From an uncultured Christensenellaceae bacterium (GTDB taxonomy: Bacteria; Bacillota; Clostridia; Christensenellales; CAG-314), in the NCBI GenBank assembly GCA_910586905.1, contig CAJUIV010000001.1, positions 205,773-269,772 on the forward strand: DNA of 64,000 nucleotides. The letters are read 5' to 3'. Of this stretch, positions 8,709-21,068 are shown piece by piece. The position numbers and the translations under genes are program-made. The notes below the pieces were generated by a model. It did not search any database. It was not told the origin of the DNA and worked only from the letters and a program-made list of their open reading frames with translations. Each line of letters begins with the position of its first letter. The stretch's first letter is position 1.

Positions 8709-9226
8709 CATATTTTAATCTGTACCGAACCAAGCAATTTGCAAGGGGACGCCGAGTGGAACGTCAGGATAAGCGTACGAAAAGGATTTGGGAACTTCAA
8801 GTTATTAAAGCATAAAAATATCGGCTAGTTTCTTGTTCGTTTACAAAAACGAACGTATCGGAATTAACGTACGTCTCGCTTTCGCCGACGCATAGCGTTT
8901 CCGTGTTGACTGTGCAATCCCGATAGAAAACGAACGTTTAGCGCGCCGCCTCTTACAGATTCTCGGTTTGTGAGAACAAACGAGCCGATTTCTGTTTTAG
9001 GCACTGTGGCTTTGTTACGGCGGTTTTAAATGCGTTCCGCATTCCTCTTACAAGTTTTGTTCAATCAGCCGAACAAATGCCGCTAGACGCCCTTAAACGA
9101 CAAATTCTTGTAAAAAACCGTTGCAAATATATGTACAAAACAGATATTTTATGATATAATATATTTAATTGTAATAAAGCGTGTTTCAGCGTTTTTATTT
9201 CGAAATTATTTTTTTAAAAGGAGTAA

Positions 9227-11134
<1,908 letters not shown>

Positions 11135-11145
11135 GGAGGCATACG

Positions 11146-13632
11146 ATGGCTAAAGTTGAAGAACATCACGTTGATTACGTAGAGGCGTTATCCAAAACGA
11201 ACGTCAAAGTAATCAAAATGGAAGAAGAAATGAAAAAATCGTTTATCGCCTACGCAATGGCGGTAAACGTTTCGCGCGCTATCCCCGACGTACGCGACGG
11301 ATTAAAGCCCGTACACAGACGTATTTTATACGCAATGGGCGAACTTAATTTGTTTAACGACAAACCGTACCGTAAATGCGCTCGTATCGTAGGCGACGTT
11401 TTGGGTAAATACCATCCTCACGGAGATTCCGCCGTGTACGAAGCCTTGGTGCGTTTGGCGCAGGACTTTTCAATTCGCTGTCCTCTCGTAGACGGTCAGG
11501 GAAACTTCGGCAGCGTAGACGGCGACCCTCCGGCGGCTCAGCGTTATACGGAAGCGAGACTGTCTAAAATAGCGTATGAAATGTTGCGCGAAATCGATAA
11601 AAACACTGTGGATTTTTATCCGAACTTTGACAACACTCTAATGCAGCCGACGGTTTTACCCAGCCGTTTTCCCAATTTGCTCGTAAACGGCGCGGACGGT
11701 ATAGCCGTAGGTATGGCGACCAATATACCTCCTCACAATCTCGGCGAAGTTATCAACGGCGCAATCGCCGTTTTGCAGAATCCCGATATCACCGTCGAGG
11801 AATTGATGAAAATAATTCCCGCTCCCGATTTCCCCACAGGCGGTATTATGATGGGACGCGTAGGCGTACGCAATGCGTACAAAACGGGTAAAGGCAGCAT
11901 TTTGGTCAGAGCCAAAACCGATATCGAGGAACATAACGGACGTCAAAGAATTATCGTTACGGAACTGCCGTACCAAGTTAACAAAGCCAAGCTGGTTGAA
12001 AATATTGCCGCTATGGTTAAAGACAAGCGTATCGAGGGTATTTCTGATATCCGCGAGGAAAGCGACCGCCACGGTATGCGTATCGTATTCGAACTTAAAC
12101 GCGACGCCAACGCGCAAGTGGTGCTTAACACTTTGTTTAAACATACTCAGCTTCAGGTCTCCGACGGTATAACCCTGCTTGCTCTTGCCGACGGCGAACC
12201 GCGCATTATGTCGCTTAAAGAAATTCTGTCGCATTATATCGAACATCAAAGAGAAGTTATCGTCCGCCGTACGAAGTTCGATTTGGAAAAGGCGGAGGAC
12301 AGATATCATATCATAGAGGGTTTGGTTATAGCTCTCGATAACATCGACAGAGTTATCGCTATAATCAAAGGCAGCGACGACAAGCAATCCGCCGCAGCGG
12401 CATTGATGAAAGAATTTAAACTCTCCGAACGCCAGACCAACGCGATACTCGAAATGAAACTGTCTCGTCTGACGCATTTGGAAGTTGAAAGTTTAAAACG
12501 CGAACTTGCCGAACTCGACGCGCTAATCAAAGACCTTAAAGATATTTTGGCCAAGCCGGCAAGAGTATCCAACATCATCGTCGACGAAATGAGCGAAATC
12601 CGTGATAAGTACGGCGAACCTCGCAAAACGGAAATTTGTACCGACTATTCTGAAATCGATATAGGCGACCTTATCGAAAAGGAAGACGTAGTTATTTCTA
12701 TGACGCACTTAGGTTACGTTAAACGTCTGCCTATAACGGAATATCATACTCAAAAACGCGGAGGAAAAGGAGTTACGGCTCATAAGCCGCGCGAAGAAGA
12801 TTTTGTTGAAAATATGTTTATCACCAATACGCACGACGATTTACTGTTCTTTACGAACCGCGGCAAGGTGTATTGCATCAAAGGATACGAAGTCCCCGAA
12901 GCCGAGCGTACCGCGCGAGGCAGAGCTATAGTTAATATTTTGCAGCTCGATAACGGCGAAAAAGTTACGGCGGTAATTCCCCGTAAGGAGGATAGCCGAG
13001 GCAATCTTATCATGGCTACCCGTAACGGTCTTATCAAAAAGACTAATTTAACCGAATTCGAGTCGATTCGTAAAACGGGAAAAATCGCGATTTCGTTGGT
13101 TGACGACGACGAGCTTATCGGCGTTGATATGACAACCGGTTACGACGAAATTCTGATGGCAAGCCACGAAGGTAAATGTATACGTTTTGCCGAAGAAGAA
13201 GTCCGTCCTATGGGCAGAGAAGCGCAGGGCGTGCGTTCTATAAAGCTGGATAAAGGCGACTACGTAGTCGATATGGCGATAGCCCGCAACGGTTTGGAAG
13301 TTTTGACTATATCCGAAAACGGTTACGGTAAACGCAGCGATTTGATAGATTACCGTTTGCAGTCGCGTGCAGGTAAGGGTATTAAAGCGGGCGTATTTAA
13401 CAAAAAGACGGGCAAACTCGTCAATTTGAAGCTTATCAACCCCGAAAACGACGTAATGCTTATTGCAAATAACGGCATCGTTATACGTATTCGCGCCAAA
13501 GACGTTTCGAAAATCGGTCGCGATACAATGGGAGTACGCGTTATGAAATTTAAGGGCGAAGCTCAGGTTGTCTGCGTTTCGGAAAGTCCCGTTGCCGACG
13601 AATTGGATTCAGACGAGGGCGAAAGCGAATAA
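11146..13632 (+). CDS. gyrA: DNA gyrase subunit A
   Basis: 828 aa. It has [12 protein letters not shown], the HPHGDSAVY (QRDR-type) region and the [10 protein letters not shown] active-site Tyr motif. GGAGG lies upstream. Confidence 0.97.
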   Translation: MAKVEEHHVDYVEALSKTNVKVIKMEEEMKKSFIAYAMAVNVSRAIPDVRDGLKPVHRRILYAMGELNLFNDKPYRKCARIVGDVLGKYHPHGDSAVYEALVRLAQDFSIRCPLVDGQGNFGSVDGDPPAAQRYTEARLSKIAYEMLREIDKNTVDFYPNFDNTLMQPTVLPSRFPNLLVNGADGIAVGMATNIPPHNLGEVINGAIAVLQNPDITVEELMKIIPAPDFPTGGIMMGRVGVRNAYKTGKGSILVRAKTDIEEHNGRQRIIVTELPYQVNKAKLVENIAAMVKDKRIEGISDIREESDRHGMRIVFELKRDANAQVVLNTLFKHTQLQVSDGITLLALADGEPRIMSLKEILSHYIEHQREVIVRRTKFDLEKAEDRYHIIEGLVIALDNIDRVIAIIKGSDDKQSAAAALMKEFKLSERQTNAILEMKLSRLTHLEVESLKRELAELDALIKDLKDILAKPARVSNIIVDEMSEIRDKYGEPRKTEICTDYSEIDIGDLIEKEDVVISMTHLGYVKRLPITEYHTQKRGGKGVTAHKPREEDFVENMFITNTHDDLLFFTNRGKVYCIKGYEVPEAERTARGRAIVNILQLDNGEKVTAVIPRKEDSRGNLIMATRNGLIKKTNLTEFESIRKTGKIAISLVDDDELIGVDMTTGYDEILMASHEGKCIRFAEEEVRPMGREAQGVRSIKLDKGDYVVDMAIARNGLEVLTISENGYGKRSDLIDYRLQSRAGKGIKAGVFNKKTGKLVNLKLINPENDVMLIANNGIVIRIRAKDVSKIGRDTMGVRVMKFKGEAQVVCVSESPVADELDSDEGESE

Positions 13633-14076
13633 TTTTAACAAATAGCGCGTAATGCTTTACGATGGCGGCATAATTTGAATTTTCAATTCGAGTTATGTTG
13701 CCATTGTAATAAATAAACGTTTTTATCAGCTTGTCGGAAGAAATATATAAAATAAAAAATTGCAATATTATTAAATATTTTAACAATCGGATTTTTGTTG
13801 AATTTATGCGTAGTATCGATAGACGATGCGGAAGCATAAAGCCGGCGTTTTTATAATCTTTAAAAAGTCGGAACGAAAAAAACGATGCGTGTTATAATAA
13901 AAATTTCGCGACTTAAAAAATTTAAAGTCCGCAGAGGCTATGAAGACGTCAAAAACGATTGCTAACTTACCGTAATAAATGTTATAGTAAGTATTAGAGT
14001 TAAATATTGGTGCTCTTAATATCGCAAACGCGTTTTATTTCGTTTAAAACCGCGGTTCGTTTAAAAGGAGAAAGTT

Positions 14077-15774
14077 TTGAAAGATTACAAACGGATAATT
14101 GCAAATAAAATAAACGCTCCGCTCGATAAAGCGGAGTTGCTTTCGTATATAACCGAAACTGCCGACGACGCTTTCGGCGATTACGCTTTTCCTTGTTTTA
14201 AGCTTGCAAAGGTTATGCGTATGCCTCCCGTTCAAATAGCTCTAAAGCTGGCGGAAGAAGTAGAACTCGACGACGACGTAGTTAAAGTCGAAGCCGTGAA
14301 CGGTTATCTCAACTTTTTTATTAACCGTATTGAATTTGTAAACGACGCTTTGTCCGAAGTTTTGTTAAAAGGCGAAAACTTCGGCGACGATACCGTGGGC
14401 AGCGGCAAAACTATCTGTATAGACTACAGTTCCGTAAATATATGCAAATCGTTTCACATTGGGCATTTGTCCACGACGGCTATAGGCAGCAGTTTATACA
14501 AGATTTATACGGCGTTGGGGTACAACGTAGTTGGTATCAATCACTTGGGCGACTACGGTACGCAATTCGGGAAAATGATTGTCGCATATAAGCTATGGGG
14601 AAACGCGGAAAAAGTAAAAAAAGACGGTGTGCAAGAACTCCAGCGTTTATACGTAAAGTTTCACCAAGAAGAAGCCGAACGTCCCGAACTTACGGACGAG
14701 GCGCGTAAATGGTTCGTCAAAATCGAACAGGGCGACAAAGAAGCGTCAGAGTTGTTCGAAATGTTTAAGCAAATCACTCTTGCCGACGTAAAAGAGATTT
14801 ACGAACGTCTGAACGTCAAATTCGACAGCTGGAACGGCGAAAGTTTTTACAACGACAAAATGCGCGAACCGCTGGATATGCTGCGCGGCAAAGGTTTGAT
14901 AGTAGAAAGTCAGGGCGCGCAGATTGTAGATTTGAAAGATTACGATATGCCGCCGTGCCTCCTTGTAAAAGCCGACGGTAGCAGTTTGTACGCTACGCGC
15001 GATATTGCTGCGGCGATTTGGCGTAAAAAAGAATACGATTTCGATAAATGCCTGTACGTTGTCGCTTATCAGCAAAATTTACATTTTAAACAATTTTTCA
15101 AAGTATTGGAATTGGCGGGACTGTCTTGGGCTAAAGATTTGGTTCACGTCGCTTACGGAATGGTAAGCCTCGAAGACGGTGCGATGTCTACGCGTAAAGG
15201 CAATGTGGTGTTGCTTCGCGACGTTTTAAACAAAGCCGTGGAAAAATCGCTGGAAACTATAGTCGCAAAAAATCCCAATCTCGAAAACCGCGAAAAAGTC
15301 GCGGAACAAGTAGGCGTAGGCGCAGTTTTGTTTTCCGCGCTCGAAAACGGTAAAATCAAAGACATAACTTTTACTTTTGATAGGGTACTCAATTTCGACG
15401 GAGAAACCGCGCCGTACTTGCAGTATACCTGCGCGCGTTGCAATTCTATAATAGAAAAAGCGGGTATGTCCCGTTTTGCAAAAATAGCTCACGATATGCG
15501 CGCTCTCGATAACGGCGAAACGTTACGTCTTTGTAAATTGCTTGCGGCGTTTCCTCAAGCGGTCAAGGATGCTGCTTATAAGTACGAACCGAGTATACTT
15601 TCCGGTTTACTTATCGATATAGCTCAGGCCTTTAACCGGTTTTATATTGCTTGCCGCGTTTTAAGCGACAATCTGTCCGAGCAGAATGCGCGTTTATCCG
15701 TTGTTGAAGCGACGGGAATAGCTCTTAAAAAAGGATTGGCTCTTTTGGGTATCGAAGCGCCTGAAAAAATGTAA
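14077..15774 (+). CDS. argS: arginine--tRNA ligase
   Basis: 565 aa. The start is TTG, preceded by AAAGGAG. It has the class I HIGH motif (SFHIGHL), an MSTRKG KMSKS-like loop and the DALR-type C-terminal anticodon-binding domain. Confidence 0.93.
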   Translation: MKDYKRIIANKINAPLDKAELLSYITETADDAFGDYAFPCFKLAKVMRMPPVQIALKLAEEVELDDDVVKVEAVNGYLNFFINRIEFVNDALSEVLLKGENFGDDTVGSGKTICIDYSSVNICKSFHIGHLSTTAIGSSLYKIYTALGYNVVGINHLGDYGTQFGKMIVAYKLWGNAEKVKKDGVQELQRLYVKFHQEEAERPELTDEARKWFVKIEQGDKEASELFEMFKQITLADVKEIYERLNVKFDSWNGESFYNDKMREPLDMLRGKGLIVESQGAQIVDLKDYDMPPCLLVKADGSSLYATRDIAAAIWRKKEYDFDKCLYVVAYQQNLHFKQFFKVLELAGLSWAKDLVHVAYGMVSLEDGAMSTRKGNVVLLRDVLNKAVEKSLETIVAKNPNLENREKVAEQVGVGAVLFSALENGKIKDITFTFDRVLNFDGETAPYLQYTCARCNSIIEKAGMSRFAKIAHDMRALDNGETLRLCKLLAAFPQAVKDAAYKYEPSILSGLLIDIAQAFNRFYIACRVLSDNLSEQNARLSVVEATGIALKKGLALLGIEAPEKM

Positions 15775-16000
15775 AGTCGCTCGTGGGTTCGTACGAAAAC
15801 TGTTTGGCTTTGAAAAGCGGAGTTTTATCCCCGAGAAATGGTTTCGACAAACGCTGTGTGTTATATGTTATTGGGTTGGGGTAAAACGCTTGGTTTAGTT
15901 CGTTAACGTAAAATAATTTTACTTTAGAGGTGAAATAATAAACAATGCCGACTCATGCAAATTGTGGGGTTGAAAAAACGCGGTAATTCGGAGTGCAATG

Positions 16001-16028
16001 TTGACAATTTTTAAATATTGGATATAAT
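16001..16028 (+). promoter_or_regulatory. sigma-A-type promoter for cvpA, with leaderless geometry
   Basis: TTGACA (16001-16006), 16-nt spacer, TATAAT (16023-16028). Six nt (AAAGTT) follow before ATG 16035, with no Shine-Dalgarno. Confidence 0.5.
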
Positions 16029-16034
16029 AAAGTT

Positions 16035-16577
16035 ATGAACGTTTTAGATTATATCATATTAGCCACCGTAGCAGCGGGACTTATATTCGGAATTATAAAG
16101 GGCTTTTTAAAGCTTTTATTTTCCGTTATAGGCGTGCTTGTCGTTACCGTCGGCTCGGGAGCGCTGTCTCCTGTCGTACAAGGATGGTTTGAAAAAGCGA
16201 TAGAAAACGTCAATACCCGCGCTCTTGTATCGATGATAATATCGGCGGTGGTAATTTTGCTGGTATACGTTATCGTTGCGCATATAATAATTAAGCTTAT
16301 AACCAAAAACAAAGCCATAAACGTGGTAAACCGCTTATTCGGAGGTTTGATTGGCGTGGTTATTGTGTACCTTATTTGGTCGGTAGTCGTAGCGTTGTTT
16401 ATGAGTACGTCGCAAGAATTTATGCCTAAAATAAAAGTTACTATAGGCGCCGAATTTTACGATAGCTGGATTGTGGCGCATATTTATAAAAACAACTTTT
16501 TCGGCAATTGGGTTATACGCGATTTGGCTTTAAAACTTCTGCCTGCCGTTCCGCCCGAAGCTTTGATAAAAAAATAA
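16035..16577 (+). CDS. cvpA: CvpA-family membrane protein
   Basis: 180 aa. The N-terminus is LDYIILATVAAGLIFGIIKGFLKLLFSVIGVLV, with four hydrophobic helices as in colicin V production protein family members. Confidence 0.7.
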   Translation: MNVLDYIILATVAAGLIFGIIKGFLKLLFSVIGVLVVTVGSGALSPVVQGWFEKAIENVNTRALVSMIISAVVILLVYVIVAHIIIKLITKNKAINVVNRLFGGLIGVVIVYLIWSVVVALFMSTSQEFMPKIKVTIGAEFYDSWIVAHIYKNNFFGNWVIRDLALKLLPAVPPEALIKK

Positions 16578-16582
16578 TTTTT

Positions 16583-16615
16583 AACGGCAATTCGCTTGAC
16601 GGGTTGCCGTTTTGC
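16583..16615 (+). terminator. rho-independent terminator after cvpA
   Basis: AACGGCAA-13 nt-TTGCCGTT followed by TTGCG. The U-tract is weak. Confidence 0.45.
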
Positions 16616-16699
16616 GTGATAGTATAATGGCATAAACTCGACAGCCGATTTCGTCGTCGGCTGAAAAACAAAAAAATACGATGGGGGGGGGTGAGCATA

Positions 16700-16792
16700 A
16701 TGACGAAACTTTATTTGTTACTTAACAGTTACGATATAACTTTGAGGAAGTCGCTTTGCTTGCCTGTCTTTTTGCGTATTTTACAAAAATAG
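16700..16792 (+). CDS. candidate 30-aa leader peptide upstream of the ABC exporter genes
   Basis: ATG 16700 is preceded by GGGGGTGAG. It encodes MTKLYLLLNSYDITLRKSLCLPVFLRILQK and ends 17 nt before a strong terminator. There is no homology evidence. Confidence 0.3.
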   Translation: MTKLYLLLNSYDITLRKSLCLPVFLRILQK

Positions 16793-16808
16793 ACTGCAGT
16801 TTTTCAAC

Positions 16809-16847
16809 GCGCTTCCCAGGTTTCCGACGGGAAGCGCTATTTTTTTA
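16809..16847 (+). terminator. intrinsic terminator (candidate attenuator) upstream of the ABC exporter operon
   Basis: GCGCTTCCC-11 nt-GGGAAGCGC (9 bp) followed by TATTTTTTT. A near copy of the 3' arm (GGAAGTCGCT, 16746-16755) lies inside the leader ORF. Confidence 0.7.
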
Positions 16848-16998
16848 CATAAGTTAACATCAAGAGCTAATTTAGTAGTTATAGGTTGATTCAACGGCTC
16901 GTTGATTGATTTTTACACTGTATTGATTTAGACTTTCCGTATGGAGCGGCAAAATTTTAAAATAAGCTCTTTTCTATGCAGAGCCAAGGATAATTTCG

Positions 16999-18720
16999 AT
17001 GAAACATCTTCTTAAATTTATAAAACCGTTTTGGGGCGAACTTGTAATCCTTATGTGTTTGTACGCGGCGGCTACGTTGTGTGCGCTGTTTATGCCTTAC
17101 GTTATGAGTAATATAGTTGAAATCGGTATAAAAAACCGGGATATGCCGTTTATCTTACGCGAAGGCGCGATAATGATAGCTCTCGCGTTAGCGGCATTTA
17201 TTTGTGCGCTGATAACCAACAGAGTTGCAAGCAATTTTTCCTCTAAAATTGCGGTTACAATGCGTAAAACGGTATTTAACAAAGTAAACACGCTTTCTTT
17301 CGAACAGTTTTCTGAAATAGGCACCGGCAGCTTGATAACGCGTACGACAGAAGATATCGGTTGGATGGAAGAAACGATTTCTCAAGTTCCGTACGTTATG
17401 ATAACCTGCCCAATAATGTTTATAGGAGGTATTGCGCTGTCGTTTAAAGGCGATTGGGTTCTGCCTTTGATTTTGTTGGGAGCTTCGGTTGTAGTGTTGG
17501 CGATAACTACGCTTATAACGAGCAGTTTGGAAAAACACTGGCAGCGTGGAGACGAATTCACCGACGTCCAAAACCGTATCGTGAGAGAAAGGCTTTCCGG
17601 AGTAAGAGTAGTGCGCGCGTTTGATAAAGACTCTTACGAGCACAAGCGTTCGGCAAAAGCAATAAGCGAAATGAACAACAGTTTTGTAAAAGCCAATACC
17701 ATCAGCGGAATCGTAAGTCCCGTTGCTTCGCTGTTTCTTAACATGGCTACCGTCGCAATAATTTACGTGGGCGCTATGCGCGCTCAAAACGTCGATACGC
17801 TCAAAACGGGCGATATTCTTGCGACTATTCAATACATAGCGCTTATAGCTAACGCCGTATTGGTGCTTTCGTGGACAATATCTTTTATCCCTCACATCAA
17901 AGTCAGTATGAGACGTATCGTCGCTATTTTAAACGTTGACAACGGTACTGCCGACGAGTCGAGCGGAGAAGTTTTAAACGGCGACATAAAATTCGATAAA
18001 GTTAACTTCGCTTACGATAACGCCGCAAACAACGTTTTGTCGGACGTTTCGTTGGATATCTCAAACGGCGAAATTGTCGGGATAATAGGCGGCACGGGCA
18101 GCGGTAAAAGTACTTTGGTCAAGATATTGCTTGATTTTTATTCCGTTAAAGGCGGCGATAGATATTTCGGCAACGTTAACTATAAAGATTTGACTCCCGC
18201 GACGGTACGCGATAACGTCGCCGTAGCGCTTCAAAAAAGTATGATTTTCGAGGGAACGATAGCCGATAACGTAAAAATGGGTAACAAAGACGCTACGGAC
18301 GAGCAAATAGCAGAAGTACTCGAAATAGCCCAAATGAGCCGATTTATAGAAAGCAAGGAAGAAAAACTAGACTACAAACTTACGCAGGCGGGAGCAAATA
18401 TTTCCGGAGGACAAAAACAGCGCATCAACATAGCGCGGACTATTTTAAAGCCAGCATCCGTTTATGTGTTTGACGACAGTTTTTCTGCTTTGGACTATCT
18501 TACAGAAGCGAATTTGCGTAAATCTTTAAACAAATATTTAGAAGGCAAAACGCAGATAATCGTAACTCAGCGCGCCGCTACGGCTATGCGCTGCGACAAA
18601 GTGTACGTTCTTGACGAAGGCAAAGTGGTAGGATGCGGCACGCACAAGGAATTGCTTGATAATTGTACTACCTATAAAGAAATATACGACAGTCAAATGG
18701 GAGGCGGCGTCAATGAGTAG
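16999..18720 (+). CDS. ABC exporter permease/ATPase half-transporter with a degenerate nucleotide-binding site
   Basis: 573 aa with a six-helix TMD plus an NBD. Walker A is GGTGSGKST and the signature is ISGGQKQR. Walker B is VYVFDDSFSALD, with Asp in place of the catalytic Glu. Confidence 0.9.
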   Translation: MKHLLKFIKPFWGELVILMCLYAAATLCALFMPYVMSNIVEIGIKNRDMPFILREGAIMIALALAAFICALITNRVASNFSSKIAVTMRKTVFNKVNTLSFEQFSEIGTGSLITRTTEDIGWMEETISQVPYVMITCPIMFIGGIALSFKGDWVLPLILLGASVVVLAITTLITSSLEKHWQRGDEFTDVQNRIVRERLSGVRVVRAFDKDSYEHKRSAKAISEMNNSFVKANTISGIVSPVASLFLNMATVAIIYVGAMRAQNVDTLKTGDILATIQYIALIANAVLVLSWTISFIPHIKVSMRRIVAILNVDNGTADESSGEVLNGDIKFDKVNFAYDNAANNVLSDVSLDISNGEIVGIIGGTGSGKSTLVKILLDFYSVKGGDRYFGNVNYKDLTPATVRDNVAVALQKSMIFEGTIADNVKMGNKDATDEQIAEVLEIAQMSRFIESKEEKLDYKLTQAGANISGGQKQRINIARTILKPASVYVFDDSFSALDYLTEANLRKSLNKYLEGKTQIIVTQRAATAMRCDKVYVLDEGKVVGCGTHKELLDNCTTYKEIYDSQMGGGVNE

Positions 18721-20500
18721 AAAGAAACCTTCCGTAAAAAAGGATTATTCGGCTTGGAAGACGGTAAAACGTCTGGTTCGCGATTTAAAACCGATAGCTT
18801 GGGCTATTTGCATAGCGGCGGTAATATGCTGCCTTTCCGTGTGGCTTGCCGTATTGGTTGCGCCGGAAATTGTCAATTCCCTTACTCAAATGATTTACGA
18901 CTACGGCGCGGAAGGCAAACCTATCGATATGAAGTTTGCGGCGGATTTGTCTGTCAATCTCGCTTTGGCGTACGCGGGCTCGGCATTGTTGCAAATTGCC
19001 ATGACCGTGCTTATGACAAATATTTCTTCCCGCTTTTATACCAAAGGTTTGCGTATACGTATAAGCGACAAACTTCAGCGATTGCCCGTAAGTTTTATAG
19101 ACGCTACTCCTAACGGAGAATTGCTGTCGCGTATGATGAACGACGTATCCAATATGTCTAATACCGTGTACGTAATTATCGAAACGCTTTTGAACGGTTT
19201 TGTACGGATAGTCGTTATAACGTACACTATGTACGCAATCAACTGGATACTGGCAACAGCCGTCGTAGTGCTTGTGCCTTTGTCTATCGCGCTGTCGGCG
19301 TTTATCTCGTCTAAAAGCGAAAAAAGCTGGCACGATTTCCGAAAAGTCAACGGCAATATGTACGCGTTTATCGAGGAAGATTATACCGGATTCGACACTG
19401 TTAAAGCTTTCAACTTGGAAGAAAGACAGCGTAAAATCTGCGACGATATTTCCGCGCGGTATCGCGAGAAGGTTCGCCGCGGATACTACCTTTCGGGACT
19501 GATTCAGCCTATTATCGCGCTGACTAACAATATAGCCTACGTAGCCGTGTGCATTGCCGGCGGTTTACTTGCCAATAACAACGTTATAGGCGTAGGGGAT
19601 ATTATGCAGGTCATACTGCTGGCAAAGATGTTTGCGGGTCCGCTCGAGAGTATTGCAAACGGTATGGGTTCGATTCAGCATACGCTCGCATGCGCCAATC
19701 GCGTTTACGCGCTTTTAGACCGCGAAGAAATGTCTGAGGCTGATTCCGACGACGAACCGAAGGGAGCGGGCAACGTAGAGTTCAATCACGTTTATTTCGC
19801 TTACGACAAAGATAAACCCCTTATAAAAGATTTGAATCTAAAAGTTAAAGCGGGTCAAAAGGTCGCGCTTGTCGGACCTACCGGCGGAGGAAAAACTACT
19901 ATAGTCAATTTGCTTATGCGTTTTTACGATATTGACGGAGGTTCCATAGTTATTGACGGCGTGGACACGTCCGTAATGGACAGAGCCAAACTGCGCAAAC
20001 AATTCGGCATGGTGCTTCAGGATACGTGGCTGTTTAACGGTACTATTTACGATAATATCGCTTACGGCAAAGATGACGCTACTCGCGACGAGGTGATGCA
20101 AGCAGCGAAAAAGGCGCACGCCGATACGTTTATTCAAACTCTTCCGCAGGGTTACGATACCGTAATAAACGAAGAAAGCACAAATATCAGCAGCGGACAA
20201 AAACAGCTTTTAACAATCGCCAGAAGTTATCTGTCAAACCGCAAAATGCTTATACTGGACGAGGCGACAAGCAACGTCGATACCCGTACGGAAATACTTA
20301 TTCAAAAAGCTATGGACGAACTTTTGAAAGGACGTACGAGCTTCGTTATAGCTCACCGTCTTTCCACAATCGTAAATTCCGACGTAATTCTTGTTATCAA
20401 TAACGGCGAAGTTGTCGAACAAGGCACGCACAAGGAACTGATAGCAAAGAACGGCTTTTATACTAAAATTTATAACAGTCAATACGAATTACTTAAATGA
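18713..20500 (+). CDS. ABC exporter permease/ATPase half-transporter with a consensus nucleotide-binding site
   Basis: The start is moved to ATG 18713, which has GGGAGG upstream and overlaps the preceding stop. Walker A is GPTGGGKTT, the signature is ISSGQKQL, and Walker B is MLILDEATSNVD. Confidence 0.9.
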   Translation: MSRKKPSVKKDYSAWKTVKRLVRDLKPIAWAICIAAVICCLSVWLAVLVAPEIVNSLTQMIYDYGAEGKPIDMKFAADLSVNLALAYAGSALLQIAMTVLMTNISSRFYTKGLRIRISDKLQRLPVSFIDATPNGELLSRMMNDVSNMSNTVYVIIETLLNGFVRIVVITYTMYAINWILATAVVVLVPLSIALSAFISSKSEKSWHDFRKVNGNMYAFIEEDYTGFDTVKAFNLEERQRKICDDISARYREKVRRGYYLSGLIQPIIALTNNIAYVAVCIAGGLLANNNVIGVGDIMQVILLAKMFAGPLESIANGMGSIQHTLACANRVYALLDREEMSEADSDDEPKGAGNVEFNHVYFAYDKDKPLIKDLNLKVKAGQKVALVGPTGGGKTTIVNLLMRFYDIDGGSIVIDGVDTSVMDRAKLRKQFGMVLQDTWLFNGTIYDNIAYGKDDATRDEVMQAAKKAHADTFIQTLPQGYDTVINEESTNISSGQKQLLTIARSYLSNRKMLILDEATSNVDTRTEILIQKAMDELLKGRTSFVIAHRLSTIVNSDVILVINNGEVVEQGTHKELIAKNGFYTKIYNSQYELLK

Positions 20501-20742
20501 TTTTCGTGTGAGAGCGTATTAAAAACGTTGCCGCCGAATTCGATTTGTTTAAAGCGAAATAAGATATACGGTTTTGCGTTTTGTTGAAATTGGGTTACGA
20601 TATAGGAACGAATTTTATGAACGCCGAAGACAACGTATACGCAAAATCGGACTGGACGTTCTATTTGAGCGACGAGGAGTATAAAGAATTTTAGGAAGAA
20701 CTTAAATAATATTTGAAATAAATTGATAAAGTCAAAAAAGTG

Positions 20743-20783
20743 CAGTCCGCTATTTCCTTTAAATCGAAGATAGCGGACTGTTT
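20743..20783. terminator. hairpin terminator between convergent genes
   Basis: CAGTCCGCTA-18 nt-TAGCGGACTG followed by TTTG, between stop 20500 (+) and stop 20788 (-). Confidence 0.6.
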
Positions 20784-20787
20784 GTCG

Positions 20788-20976
20788 TTAGTTAAAATAT
20801 TTTTTTAATTCGTCAGACGGAATAGCGTATTTCATAACGTCGGCGGGAATCTCCGCGTGAGGTATTCTTTCAAGTACGTTTACTCCTATAACGTTGCCGT
20901 TTTCGTCAAGCAAAAAGTCCGAGAATTTCCGGGATTTATAGCGCAATCGGTCATTATGTAAGTTTTTTTCGCACAA
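20788..20976 (-). CDS. hypothetical small protein, possibly a gene remnant
   Basis: 62-aa ORF starting at TTG with no clear Shine-Dalgarno. The frame stays open upstream into the 3' end of queH without a better start. Confidence 0.25.
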   Translation of the reverse strand: MCEKNLHNDRLRYKSRKFSDFLLDENGNVIGVNVLERIPHAEIPADVMKYAIPSDELKKYFN

Positions 20977-21068
20977 TACTCTCGACTTGTCGCGTACTAT
21001 GCCGCTTGTTATACACGTGCCGTTGCCTTGCGCGTTGCTTATGATCGTGTAAACGCTCTCGCCGTTTT

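Noticed and set aside
8745-9110. Calling this stretch ssrA (tmRNA) or rnpB (RNase P RNA)
   Set aside because: On the forward strand it has a GGGGACG 5' end and a tag-like frame. It has no T-arm (GGUUCGA-type) and no 3' strand complementary to the 5' end. On the minus strand it has GUAAGAGG, GCCACAGUG and ACAGAAAUCGGCU look-alikes of RNase P motifs. They are in the wrong order, and there is no GAGGAAAGUCC. The region is kept only as an unclassified candidate.
11656-12477. A 273-aa antisense ORF inside gyrA, and similar long antisense ORFs (9206-9673, 17188-17895, 18785-19333, 31286-31930, 48746-49576, 52348-52920, 54439-55149, 59940-60587)
   Set aside because: All lie entirely within well-supported genes on the opposite strand. 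They encode Arg/Phe/Val-rich low-complexity sequence and lack an SD. They are typical shadow ORFs.
13850-14076. A T-box riboswitch upstream of argS
   Set aside because: There is an AUUGGUGCUC segment and some hairpins. There is no convincing T-box consensus (GGGUGGUACCGCG), no clear specifier loop or AGAGA elements, and no terminator with a U-tract before the TTG start.
20617-20694. A 25-codon ORF (MNAEDNVYAKSDWTFYLSDEEYKEF) after the ABC exporter genes
   Set aside because: It has only a weak AGGAA SD and nothing else to support it. It is too short to evaluate.
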